The position numbers were made by a program, and so were the translations under genes. The notes under the pieces are model-generated. The model was not told the DNA's origin. It worked only from the letters and a program-made list of their open reading frames with translations, and made no database searches. A DNA stretch of 63,478 nucleotides, filler included, from Octopus bimaculoides (lineage: Eukaryota): the NCBI RefSeq assembly GCF_001194135.2. It is 4 parts of 4 records of this genome, joined end to end, with 100 filler letters (N's around TTAATTAATTAA, not from the genome) between each part and the next. Parts side by side here need not be neighbours in the genome. Positions count along the whole stretch, not along the records: positions 1 to 30,452 come from NC_069006.1; 3 more parts are not named here. One strand, written 5' to 3'. Positions within the stretch are counted from its first letter, which is position 1. Each line of letters begins with the position of its first letter. Positions 1-10,109 of this stretch are shown piece by piece.

Positions 1-43
1 CTGTTAATACTTCATTTAGAGAATTAACATTGCTTGTTTTCAC

Positions 44-69
44 CTTTTCAATATCAGTGAAGAATTTCA
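44..69 (-). CDS. Candidate 26-nt coding micro-exon (phase 1 to 0; xKFFTDIEK) of an unidentified minus-strand gene
   Basis: Minus strand reads ccttatatcttcttttccag|TGAAATTCTTCACTGATATTGAAAAG|gtgaaa. Strong pyrimidine tract and GT donor; only one frame is open. Confidence 0.6.
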
Positions 70-88
70 CTGGAAAAGAAGATATAAG

Positions 89-285
89 GTTTGCCAGGTT
101 TTTGTCTCTCTCACCAAGGTCATCAGCTGTCGAACGCCGACGAAGGGAAATAACCCTGAAATCCGGATACGTTCGTGCTGCTGATCGAGGTGAGAGGGAT
201 AACTTCCCTTGGCAAACAGGACACAGTCGTGTGTCGATAAGCCAGCTGGAGGAGATGTCCTCCTGGGGCTAAAAGCAACAGTAAC
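89..285 (+). mobile_element. Short structured SINE/retrozyme-like element containing a hammerhead ribozyme
   Basis: Long rod-like self-complementarity 89-217 around the hammerhead. It is followed by hairpins gacaca/tgtgtc (220-235) and ggagga/tcctcc (248-263) and the tail ggggctaaaagcaacagtaac. The 3' part is similar to 58020-58095 and to both arms of 7241-7492. Confidence 0.6.
131..175 (+). ncRNA. Type I hammerhead ribozyme motif (core variant CCGACGA)
   Basis: Helix I cgaacg(131-136)/cgttcg(170-175); core CCGACGA(137-143); helix II aggg/ccct with loop aaataa; GAAA(158-161); palindromic helix III ATCCGGAT; AUA triplet, predicted cleavage after 169. Confidence 0.75.
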
Positions 286-394
286 ATCCACCCCTAGGGG
301 TCAGCCACACTTAAGTGGCAATATACTACACTTTATATATATATACATATATATATAATCTTCAAAATGTAACCACATGTGAATCGGTTATTTT

Positions 395-540
395 CTTCCT
401 CTGTCTTCCTTTTCTATTGGATTTTCCTGTTTCTCAAGAAGAGCTTTGCTCAAAATGTGAAACCACCTCTCTTTTCTTCCCTGAGCGTCTGCTAATACTT
501 TACATGTACCATGTCCTCCCGTTGTTGTTTTTTTGTGTTT
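395..540 (+). mobile_element. Decayed repeat with remnant of a minimal (Penelope-type) hammerhead motif
   Basis: gttt-CTCAAGA-a-gagc-ttt-gctc-AAAA-tgtg-aaac at 429-463. The same arrangement and a similar downstream sequence (ctctctttt...ctgagcgtc) occur at 63347-63420. Confidence 0.4.
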
Positions 541-569
541 GTTCTTCATTTACATATATGTATGTATGT

Positions 570-770
570 ATGTATGTATGTATATGTTTGTGCGTCTATC
601 CCCCGACCATTGTTTGACAACTGATGTTGGTGTGTTTACGTCCCCGTAACCTAGCTTTTCGGCAAAAGAGACCAATAGAATAAGTTCTGGGGCTGACTTG
701 TTCGACTAAAGATGGTCCTGCAGCATGGCCGCAGTCAAATGACTGAAACAAATAAAAGAGTAGAAGAGAA
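570..770 (+). mobile_element. SINE family A, 3' half
   Basis: Matches the 3' half of 6322-6770 and ends in gcatggccgcagtcaaatgactgaaacaaataaaagag. Confidence 0.8.
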
Positions 771-796
771 AATGTTTAAATTTTACAGGCCCTTAC

Positions 797-817
797 AAAC
801 CATATTAGCTTGGATTG
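797..817 (-). CDS. Candidate 21-nt coding micro-exon (phase 1 to 1; xIQANMV)
   Basis: ttgttttcatttgtttaattctgatcag|CAATCCAAGCTAATATGGTTT|gtaagg; phase fits both neighbouring exons. Confidence 0.55.
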
Positions 818-897
818 CTGATCAGAATTAAACAAATGAAAACAACAACAAAATCAACATGAAAAACAACAACAGAAATGGTTCTATTAATTCTTAC

Positions 898-916
898 GGT
901 CCATTGATAAAATCAC
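898..916 (-). CDS. Candidate 19-nt coding micro-exon (phase 0 to 1; VILSMD)
   Basis: aaaataacag|GTGATTTTATCAATGGACC|gtaaga. Good donor and needed to keep the frame, but the acceptor is purine-rich and the upstream intron would be only 47 nt. Confidence 0.4.
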
Positions 917-963
917 CTGTTATTTTCAGTTTAATTAATTTCACCTACTCGATTAAACATTAC

Positions 964-989
964 CTGGATGTTGGAGTATTTACAGATGT
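964..989 (-). CDS. Candidate 26-nt coding micro-exon (phase 1 to 0; DICKYSNIQ)
   Basis: ttctattcaacttccag|ACATCTGTAAATACTCCAACATCCAG|gtaatg; read-through into the intron hits a stop. Confidence 0.6.
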
Positions 990-2044
990 CTGGAAGTTGA
1001 ATAGAACTTCAAATAACACCCACATACGAAAATGTATTCCAATTCATATCAAGACTGTATTTCTTTCTTTATTTTCTTGATTAACTTTAATGTGAATCTT
1101 TCAGAATTTTCTGCATTTAGGAGATTGTTGAATAAGAAAAAAAAAAAGGAATTAATTCTTACAGATGTGGCTGTGTGGTTAAGAAGCTTGCTTCCCAACG
1201 AAGTGGTCTTGGGTTCAGTCCCACTGCATGATGACATATATCATCATCATCATCATTTAACGTGTCTTTTTCCATGCGGGCACAGGTTGGACGGTTTGAC
1301 AAAAACGGACGAGGCAGAAAGCTCTGCCAAGTTCTGTGTCTGTTTTGGCATGGTTTCTACAGCCGGACGCCCTTCCTAATGCCAACCACTTAACAGAGTT
1401 GCACACATAATTGGATGCAGACAAGTCTGTGTGGTTAAGAAGTTTGTTTTCCAACCCTGTGGTTTTTGGTTCCGTCCCATTGTGTGGCACCTTAGGCAAG
1501 TGTCTTCTATTATAACTTGAGGGAATTTGGTGGATGGAAATGAAAGAAGCCCATCGTGTGTGTGTGTGTGTACCCTTGTTTTGACATCATGTGATGGATG
1601 TAAGTGAGCATCACCATCATACTAGCAGTGTTGTTCATTTCCTGTCTTCCATGTTGAAATATCACCTTGCTTGGAAACAGGTGAGGGTTGGCAACAGGAA
1701 GAGCACCCAGTCACAGAAAATCTACCTCAACAAATTCTGTCCCACCCATGCAAGCATTGAAAAGTGGATGTTAAATGAACAAATAAGATAAAATGAATAT
1801 TAGAATTTGCCTGTTATGGAGACAAACCAAATTATAAATTTGGTATAATCCAGAAATAATGAATGGTACATGATATCATAGATGTGTATCATGCATTCCA
1901 TGTTATTGAGGAATTTTGTAGGTTATTTTCTATAACAAATAAATATATTTGAGTTATCAGTAAACTTCTCATCTTAAATCATTTCAATACATACTTGAGA
2001 ATTAATCAAAAGAAGTGCTTACTTTGTCAGATTAAATAATTCTT

Positions 2045-2230
2045 GAAATTTGGGGGGAGGGGATAAGTCGATTACATTGACCCCAGTATTTCACTGGTAC
2101 TTAATTTATCAACCTTGAAAGGATGAAAGGCAAAGTTGACCCTGGCAGCATTTGAACTCAGAATGTGAAGACAGATGAAGTACTGCCAAGTATTTCACCC
2201 GGTGTGCTAACGGTTCTGCCAGCTCACCGC
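2045..2230 (-). mobile_element. SINE family B copy
   Basis: Reverse complement of the element at 56552-56768 (core ttgcctttcatcctttc...gataaattaagtacc). Confidence 0.75.
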
Positions 2231-2855
2231 CGAAATTGAAGAATTGAGTGACTTTACCGCCATAAGTGTGAAGCTGGATGGTGTGGGGTCAGTGCAGCGG
2301 ATGTGACAATGCATGTTGAGCTCTGCTGCCTGACCATGCATGCTTTGGTCAATAAGGCCAGGAGTGTGAGCTGATGACCAAAGCAGATACATGTGGAACA
2401 TGCTCATGATGGTACTGTCACCCCAAACATCCTGGGGGTGCTGTTGCTATGAGGTTAAGAAGCTTGCTTCTCAACCATGTGCTTGGGTTCAGTCCTGCTG
2501 TGTGGTACCTTGTGCAAGTGGCAGCTACTATAGCTGTTCTCCAACCAAGAGCTTGTGAGTGAATTTGGTAGTAGGTAACTGAGAGAAGCCCATCACATAT
2601 AACTATGTATGTATGTATGTATTATGTCATTGTTTTATTTAAAGATTTCTTGCCAATAGAGAAAGAGCCGGTTTCTAACCGAGATCCAAGGCTCCTTCAT
2701 TGGAATTTCAACATTAACAACAGGGTATTTTGTATGTATGTATGTATGTATGTATGTATGTACGTGTGTGTGTGTGTGTGTGCAGATTTGTATGTTTTGT
2801 TTTATGTAAATATTCTCATGCATATAGTTGCATATCTAGACATACTCATTTATAT

Positions 2856-3083
2856 TTAACTCTTTCGTTACTGGATTTATTTTGAGATGCTCTGTGTTTC
2901 TTTCAATTACTTTAAATATAACAAAGAATTTACTAAAATAACTTGGTTATCATTCAGCTAGTGTTAGGAACATAAATTATGACTAAGGTTTAGTGGAAAA
3001 TTTTAATTCAAAACTTATGAAAACAAGACATTTGTACTCAGAGCCAGAGCCAGTTTCAGCCGTGTTAGTAACGAAAGGGCTAA
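2856..3083. mobile_element. MITE with TTAACCC-like terminal inverted repeats (piggyBac-type ends)
   Basis: Left end ttaactctttcgttact; the right end reverse-complements to ttagccctttcgttact; non-coding AT-rich interior shared with the 18363 and 24176 copies. Confidence 0.7.
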
Positions 3084-3360
3084 ATGATAAACTTCTGGAA
3101 AGTTTTACGGATTTTTACAGTTCTAGTGATGGATTGGATCTGTAGTCTTTGAATTATCTTTCTCCTTTCTGGTTTTGAGAAGCCTAATTTCTCAAGATTG
3201 GTATTTAGGCAGTGTGTTACATATCCCAGTGCTCCAATAATTACAGGTATAAACCTGAACTTGTAATCTGGATCGAGTAAATTGCATGTTTCTCAGTAGT
3301 TCAACGTAGGTATTTTCTTTTTCACTGATCTTCAGCTTTATGTTAGCATTCACTGGGCAG
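3080..3360 (-). mobile_element. 3' fragment of an RLE-type (R4/Dong-like) non-LTR retrotransposon, frameshifted
   Basis: Manual translation gives CPVNANIKLKISEKENTYVELL, a frameshift, then DPDYKFRFIPVIIGALGYVTHCLNTNLEKLG...LQIQSITRTVKIRKTFQKFII*. The CP..NI..K..EK...Y..L and IP.IIGALG motifs are typical of the restriction-like endonuclease C-terminus. Confidence 0.7.
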
Positions 3361-4200
3361 CTAATTTCCACATGTATGTATGTATGCGTGCATGTATGTA
3401 TGTGGATGGATGTGTATATATTGGTGTGTACTCTTATCTTGACATCAAATGATGTTTGTCAGCAAGCATCACTATCAAACAAGTGATGTTGCTTGTTTCC
3501 ATTCTTCCATGATGAATGTGTTTAGCCGTGAGGAAACATGGCTCTGTTTGGAAACAGGTGAGAGTTGGTGACAGGAAGGGCATTTTGCTGTAGAAACCTG
3601 CCATGACAAATTCTGTCTAACCCATGCAAGCATGGAAAATGTGGATATTAAATGATGATGATGAGGATGATGATGATGATACTCCTAGCATCGGGTTCAC
3701 CAATATCTGAGAGCCTACAAAGGTTATGGGCACTGCCTTTTCTAGAGCTGGCAATTAAAAAACAAATATTCTCTCATATACACACACAATTTTCTCTGTT
3801 GGTTTGTTTGTGTCCTTGTAAACTAGCAGTTCGACAAAAGAAACTGATAGAACAAGTACCAAACTTAAAAATAAGCACAAGGGTCAATTTGTTTGACTGA
3901 AACACTTCAAGGTGGTGCCCCAGCATGGCCACAGTTCAGTGGTTAAAACTAGTAAAAGAAGATTAAAGTCATACGTGCATGCAAGTGCAAACTCACAGAC
4001 ACACATACACGTGCATGCAATTGCAAGCACACACACACACACATTACAGACATGCAAAATCATGCTTTTAGCATAAAACTTTTTGCTTTCAATCACAAAT
4101 GGTTCTTTTTCACCCTTCTCTATATGCCTGAAATATTTCTCTCCATCAAAAACACATTGAAGAAACTTCTACAAAAAATTGTTGCTGAGTNNNNNNNNNN

Positions 4201-4262
<62 letters not shown>

Positions 4263-5084
4263 CCCTGCATGTATCCGTCCATTTATATTCTCTCTTGCAT
4301 TTCCCCACACACTATACATTCAACTTAATCATGCACATTTAGCAACATAATTGAAATTAAACAGCTCTGCAAGCTCCAATTATAAATTGATAAACGTGAA
4401 ATATTATAGATTATTTATGAGAAAATGGTTTTTATCTTAAAGGAGACACGAGTTAATCATTAAGTAATTACAAATGAAATATTTTCTTGTTTAGAGAAAT
4501 GTTTATGAGTTACAACACGCAAGAGGGAAAACAACAGAAGCTTTTGTTTGAGTTTTTATTTATCTTTCATATGTTTCAGTCACTAGACTGCAGCCATGCT
4601 GGGGCACCACCTTCAAGAACTTTTAGTCAAATCAATCAAACACAGTACCCTTTTCTTCTTTTTTTTTTTTTTTTATAAAACCTGGTACTTATTCTATCGA
4701 TCTCTTTTGCAAACTGCTAGGTTATGCAGCCATAAACAAAATCAACACCAGTTGTCAAGCAGCAATAGGGGCAAACACAAACACACACACAGACATATAT
4801 ATGATTGGCTTTCAGTTTCCCTCTACTAAATCCACTCACAAGGTTTTAAATCCTGGAACTTACTCTATCAGTCTTCTTTGCCTAACTGCTAAGTTATGGG
4901 GACATAAACAAAACCAACACATGGTTGTCAAGCAACAGTAGGGACACACACAAACATACACACACAAACACACACACACACACAGAAATATATATGATGG
5001 GCTTCTTTCAGTTTCCCTCTACCAAATCCATTCATAACGCTTTAAATCTGGGAACTTATTCCCTTGGACTCTTCAGGTAGATAA

Positions 5085-5830
5085 CCCTGCTCAATATGTA
5101 GAAAACATGTAGGTAGTAACTCCATAAGATGTATCCGGTGCATGCAATGGACGAGTAAGAGGTGGAGCAATATTAGAGAAAGGTTAACAGGGAAGATAGT
5201 TTTTGTGTGTGGAAGGTGCACGGGGGCAATAAATACTAAAAATGTACAGAAAATAGAGTCCATCAAATGCCAGTGGGGAGACCTAGAAGTAGTAAGTAGC
5301 TTCTGTTATCTAGGTGACCAAGTCAGTAGCAGGGCTGGATGCTCTGAGTGCATAGCTGCTAGAATAAGAATAGGCTGGGAAAAATTCAGAGAGCTCCTAC
5401 CTCTGTTGGTAACAAAGGGCCTCTCCCTCAGAGTGAAGGACAGATTGTACAATACCTGTGAGCAAACAGCTATGCTACGTAACAGAGAAACATAGGCTGT
5501 GAGTTCTGAGGATATGCGCAGGCTCAAAAGAAATGAAGCTAGTATGCTTCGCTGGATGAGCAATGTCAGTGTGCATGCATGACAGAGTGTAAGTATCTTG
5601 AGAGAAAAATTGGGCATAAGAGGCATCAGATGTGATGTGCAAGAGAGACTACTGTGCTGGTATGGTCATGTGATGCATATGGACAAGGACAGCTGCATAA
5701 AAAAGTGTTAATCTCTGACTGTGGAGGGAATCTGTGGAAGAGGTAGACCCAAGAAGACATGGGATGGGATGGTGAAGCATGATTTTGAACATTGGGCCTC
5801 ACAGAAGCAATGGTGTTATGCTATGCTTGA
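5085..5830 (+). mobile_element. RTE-clade LINE, 3' part of ORF (post-RT region), degenerate
   Basis: ORF 5142-5495 LEVVSSFCYLGD...ARIRIGWEKFRELLPLL; continuation reads WYGHVMHMDKDS and GRGRPKKTW with stops and frameshifts. Confidence 0.85.
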
Positions 5831-6321
5831 GAAGGCCCATCAAACCAAATGAGATCGTAGGCATTACATAACTGGCACCCATGCCTGTGGCACATAAAAA
5901 GCACCCTTCAAACATTGGGCCTCACAGATGTGTTGACAAGTGACTGAGACCTTTGGCAATATGCTGTGCTTGAGAAAGCTCATCGAGCCAAGTGAAATCG
6001 TACTTGTGGCCAGTGCTGGTGTCACATGACTGGCACATAAAAAGCACCCATTACACTCTTGGAGAGGTTGGCATTAGGAAGTGCATCCAGCCATACAAAC
6101 CATACCAAATCCAACTGGAACCTGGTGAAACTCTATAGCTTACCAGTTTCAGTCAAACTGTCTAATGCATGCCAGCATGGAAAGCAGATGCTAAATGATG
6201 ATGATCATCATCATCATACACACACACACACACACACACATACATGCACACACACATACATTGCAAATATTGGGATAAAAGACCCTTTCCAAGAAAAGAT
6301 CAGGAGTGGCTTTATAGCCAC

Positions 6322-6507
6322 AGGAGTGGCTGTGTGGTAAGTAGCTTGCTTACCAACCACATGGTTCTGGGTTCAGTCCCACTGTGTGGCACCTTGGGCA
6401 AGTGTCTTCTACTATAGCCTTGGGTCGACCAAAGCCTTGTGAGTGGATTTGGTAGACGGAAACTGAAAGAAACCTATCGGATGTATGTATGTATGTATGT
6501 ATGTGTG

Positions 6508-6559
<52 letters not shown>

Positions 6560-6770
6560 TATGTGTTTGTGTGTCTGTGTTTGTCCTCCCAACTTAGCTT
6601 GACAACTGATGCTGGTGTGTTTACGTCCCTGTAACATAGCAGTTCGGCAAAAGAGACCGATAGAATAAGTACTGGGCTTACAAAGAATAAGTCCTGGGGT
6701 CGATTTGCTCGACTAAAGGCAGTGCTCCAGCATGGCCGCAGTCAAATGACTGAAACAAGTAAAAGAGTAT
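6322..6770 (+). mobile_element. SINE family A, near full length (tRNA-like head, internal microsatellite)
   Basis: Head aggagtggctgtgtggtaag...gggttcagtcccact with A/B-box-like motifs, core ccttgggcaagtg, TA/TG microsatellite after gaaactgaaagaa, tail gactgaaacaagtaaaagag. Confidence 0.85.
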
Positions 6771-6878
6771 ATATATATANNNNNNNNNNNNNNNNNNNNN
6801 NNNNNNNNNNNNNNNNNNNNNNNNNNNNNNNNNNNNNNNNNNNNNNNNNNNNNNNNNNNNNNNNNNNNNNNNNNNNTA

Positions 6879-7026
6879 TATATAATTGTTAAACAGGACA
6901 TCAAACATTAAGGCGGGGCAAACATTACAGCTGTAAGATCTTGAATTTCTTCCTTTAATAATATTGTATATGACTTGAGATGTTTGCCCCGCCTTAATAT
7001 TTGATGTCCTGTTTAACAATTATATA
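6879..7026. mobile_element. ~150-bp MITE with ~47-bp near-perfect TIRs in TA context
   Basis: tatataattgttaaacaggacatcaaa(c/t)attaaggcggggcaaacat at both ends in inverted orientation, one mismatch. Confidence 0.8.
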
Positions 7027-7240
7027 TCCACTGCATCGAAAGTCTACAATGGCTCCATAACTACCGTCTCAGATATAACCTTGGAGCCTCAGGAATCCGT
7101 TACAGCACTTACCTAGCGTACCTAATCATTTAGATCACCTGTGAGCTAATCCCCTATACTTTGTATGTATGTATATATATATATATATACACACAAACAT
7201 TATTACTTCTCAAAGAGAGATATTCAGTAACAGTTCTTTA

Positions 7241-7492
7241 AAGTAAAGGCTATTTGCCAACATAATGTGGCTGGAAGGGATGATTGTTAGTGTTGTTTAG
7301 CCTCAGGAAACATCATTTCCAGCTGCCTATATGACATGATACCTGTGTCCTTATATATTCGAAAATATAAGGACGCAGATATTGTGTCATATAGCCAGCT
7401 GGAAGTGGTGTTTCTTGTGGCTGGAGTCAAACAACAGTAACAATCATCCTCTTCCAGGACAGCCATATTATGTTGGCAAATAGCCTTTACTT
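7241..7492. repeat. ~250-bp imperfect palindrome (foldback element)
   Basis: Arms start aagtaaaggctatttgccaacataat and pair inward to a centre at ccttatat-attcgaaa-atataagg; TTAA on both flanks. Confidence 0.85.
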
Positions 7493-7513
7493 AATATATA
7501 TACTGTATATATT

Positions 7514-7721
7514 TACAGTAATCCCTTGACTATGGCAGGTTTTACGTTCCAAAACCTCCCACAGAAATAACTAAAATCTAAAAAAAATTTTAATATTTAT
7601 CAGCTGCAGAAACCTGCGATGTACTGAGGAGTCTGTGATATAAATTTACATATATTAGCCAGAAAAATTTGCAATGTACTGAGTGCATCATAGGTGAACC
7701 GCGATATGGCGAGGGATTACT
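7514..7721. mobile_element. Tigger/pogo-like MITE
   Basis: Left end ta-cagtaatcccttgactat; the right end reverse-complements to agtaatccctcgccatat. Confidence 0.6.
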
Positions 7722-7752
7722 CTCTCTCTCTCTCTCTCTCTTATATATATAT

Positions 7753-7830
<78 letters not shown>

Positions 7831-8062
7831 ATATATATTATACAACACACACAGAGAGACACTTGCGCAACAGGCTTCCACCCAGTTTCTGTCTGCTAAG
7901 TTCGCTCACAAGGCATTGGTGTTCCAGGGCTGCAGTAGAATACATTTGCCTAAGATGCCACATAGTAGGATTGAACCTGAGACCACAAGGTTGCAAAGTG
8001 AGCTTCGCAGCTACAAATCCATGCCTGCCTGTACAAGTGAGTTTTAAATGAGCTCGTCCTAC

Positions 8063-8104
8063 CTTGCTCAATTAATCTAAGAATTACTTCCTCCAAGAAT
8101 ACAC
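8063..8104 (-). CDS. Candidate 42-nt coding exon (phase 1 to 1; GVFLEEVILRLIEQ)
   Basis: tttactttctgaatcaccacctcag|GTGTATTCTTGGAGGAAGTAATTCTTAGATTAATTGAGCAAG|gtagga; unique sequence between repeats. Confidence 0.7.
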
Positions 8105-8863
8105 CTGAGGTGGTGATTCAGAAAGTAAACACTTTCTTGTTGCTCTTAAAAGGAAGATGAGTTGGCTAGTAAAGATAATTTATTTCTAATGCTTAACTAA
8201 AGTAAATCCAGGTTCTTATTAAAACGTCTGATTAGTAGATTAGGCAGACAGGGAAGACAATAAGTAACACATAGCATAGGGGAGAAAAATGTTGTATTAA
8301 TGTACCTTGGAGTCTACAGGAATTAATTTTATATAAGAACTTGTATGTTTAGCTTTGCTCTAAAATAATTGGAGGTTGGGGAAATAATTCTCTTTCAATA
8401 TACAGTCAAATAAAGATACATACAAACACACACACACACACATTATTATCATCATCATCACCATCGTTTAACGTCCGTTTTCCATGCTGGCATGAGTTGG
8501 ACGGTTTGACTGAGGTCTGGGAAGCCAGGAGGCTGCACCAGGCTCCAATCTGATCTGGCAATGTTTCTACAGCTGGATTCCCTTCCTAACGCTCAGTGTG
8601 TGCATGTGTGTGTGTGTGTGTGTGTGTGTGCATGTGTGTGCATGGTCTACCTTGTCTTGACATCACTTGATAAGTATAAAGAAGTGTCACTGTCATACAG
8701 GCAATGTCATTTCTTGCAGTCTTCTATGAAAAACATGTCTGGCCATGGGGAAACATTAGCTTGCTTGGAAAGAAATGAGGGTTGATGACAGGAGGGACAT
8801 CCACCCATAGAGAATTTGCTTCAACAAACTCCCTCTAACCCATGCTGGCATTGAAAAATGGCT

Positions 8864-8896
<33 letters not shown>

Positions 8897-9291
8897 TGTA
8901 CCTTGAGAGTATACCCTCACAATGTTTTTCTCTGTTTCCAACCGGAGTACCCATGTGTCTCATTTTCAGCGAAACATCTGTTCCTGTTTCTCTTTTATAT
9001 TTTAACCTCTCAACACATGGCATAAAGCCATTTCTCTCAATTCTACAACTCTGCTCAGTTGAAGGGTCTTGCCTTGCAAATAACTTGGAGACCTCTCTGA
9101 TGCTGGTGTTACAAATAAAGCATCAACTATACTCTGTAAAGTGGTTGGCATTAGAAAGGTGATTCAGTCATAGAAACCATGCCAAAACCAACACAGGAGC
9201 TTGGCATAGCCCTTTGGCTTGTGGGATCCTGTTGAATCATCTAACCAATGCCAGCATAGAAAACAAATATTAAACAATGATGATGATGATG

Positions 9292-9324
<33 letters not shown>

Positions 9325-9429
9325 GGTTTCCCCATCCATAAAGGGTTTTGGGATCTGACGATATGCCATAAAGTTAAACCCTTTATGAATGGGAAACCTA
9401 AGGTAACCTCATAAACTGGCCTTCTCCAT

Positions 9430-9715
9430 TTTTGCCAGCGCTGCCTGACTGGCTCCTGTGCCAGTGGCACATAAAAAGCACCATTCGAGCATGGTCGATG
9501 TCAGTGTCATCTGACTGGCCCCCATGCCGGTGGCACATAAAAAAAGCATCCACTACACTCTCGGAGTGGTTGGTGTTAGGAAGGGCATCCAGCTGTAAAA
9601 GCCTTGCCAGTTCAGATTGGAGCCTGGTGCAGCCTCCTGGCTTGCCAGTCCTCAGTGAAACCGTCCAACCCATGCCAGCATAGAAAGCAGACATTAAACG
9701 ATAATGATGATGATG
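9430..9715 (+). mobile_element. SINE family D 3' part, (GAT)n tail
   Basis: Ends ccaacccatgccagcatagaaagcagacattaaacgataatgatgatg. Similar copies at about 8455-8590 (-), 11490-11650 (-), 16005-16270 (-), 17215-17450 (+), 19400-19620 (+), 25835-26190 (-) and 28710-28910 (-). Confidence 0.8.
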
Positions 9716-10109
9716 ACTCTATATCGTAGAGTGTGCTTCTTTCAGATTTTTTTTTTTACAGACGATATATATATATATATCAGTGAATCATAAATCTGAA
9801 AGAGAACACTCAAGTTATAGAGCAGTAGAGTATTTAGATAAAGATAGTTATGGCCAGTTTATGGAGTTACCCAGGGTTTTGTGCCCATAAAGCGCTTAGC
9901 TTTACAACATCTCATCAGACCCTGATGGTCAAAAAGGCCTATAACCTCTCTTCAAAGTGGAGAGAGAAAAAACTTCATGTCTAGTTGTTGAGTACATACA
10001 CACTGGCGTAAAAACCCATTAGTGTTTCTCTATATCCTGTAACTTCATCTCAGGATTTAGAGATCTATAAAACAAGAAGTAGGCTGTTTAAGTTTTTAAA
10101 ATTCGATAC

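Noticed and set aside
2260-2420. MVWG word suggesting a Tc1 transposase fragment
   Set aside because: Only one short motif; the rest is too degenerate to call.
6322-6400. tRNA-like sequences at SINE heads (also 47919 and 56552)
   Set aside because: A/B-box-like motifs are present but no complete cloverleaf, and they continue into SINE bodies.
7111-7136. Minus-strand exon-like segment with a gtaagt donor (GDLND*)
   Set aside because: Weak acceptor and an in-frame stop; not needed for the exon chain.
9905-9940. CTGATGA on the minus strand within a catcag/ctgatg palindrome
   Set aside because: No helix II or GAAA follows, so it is not a hammerhead.
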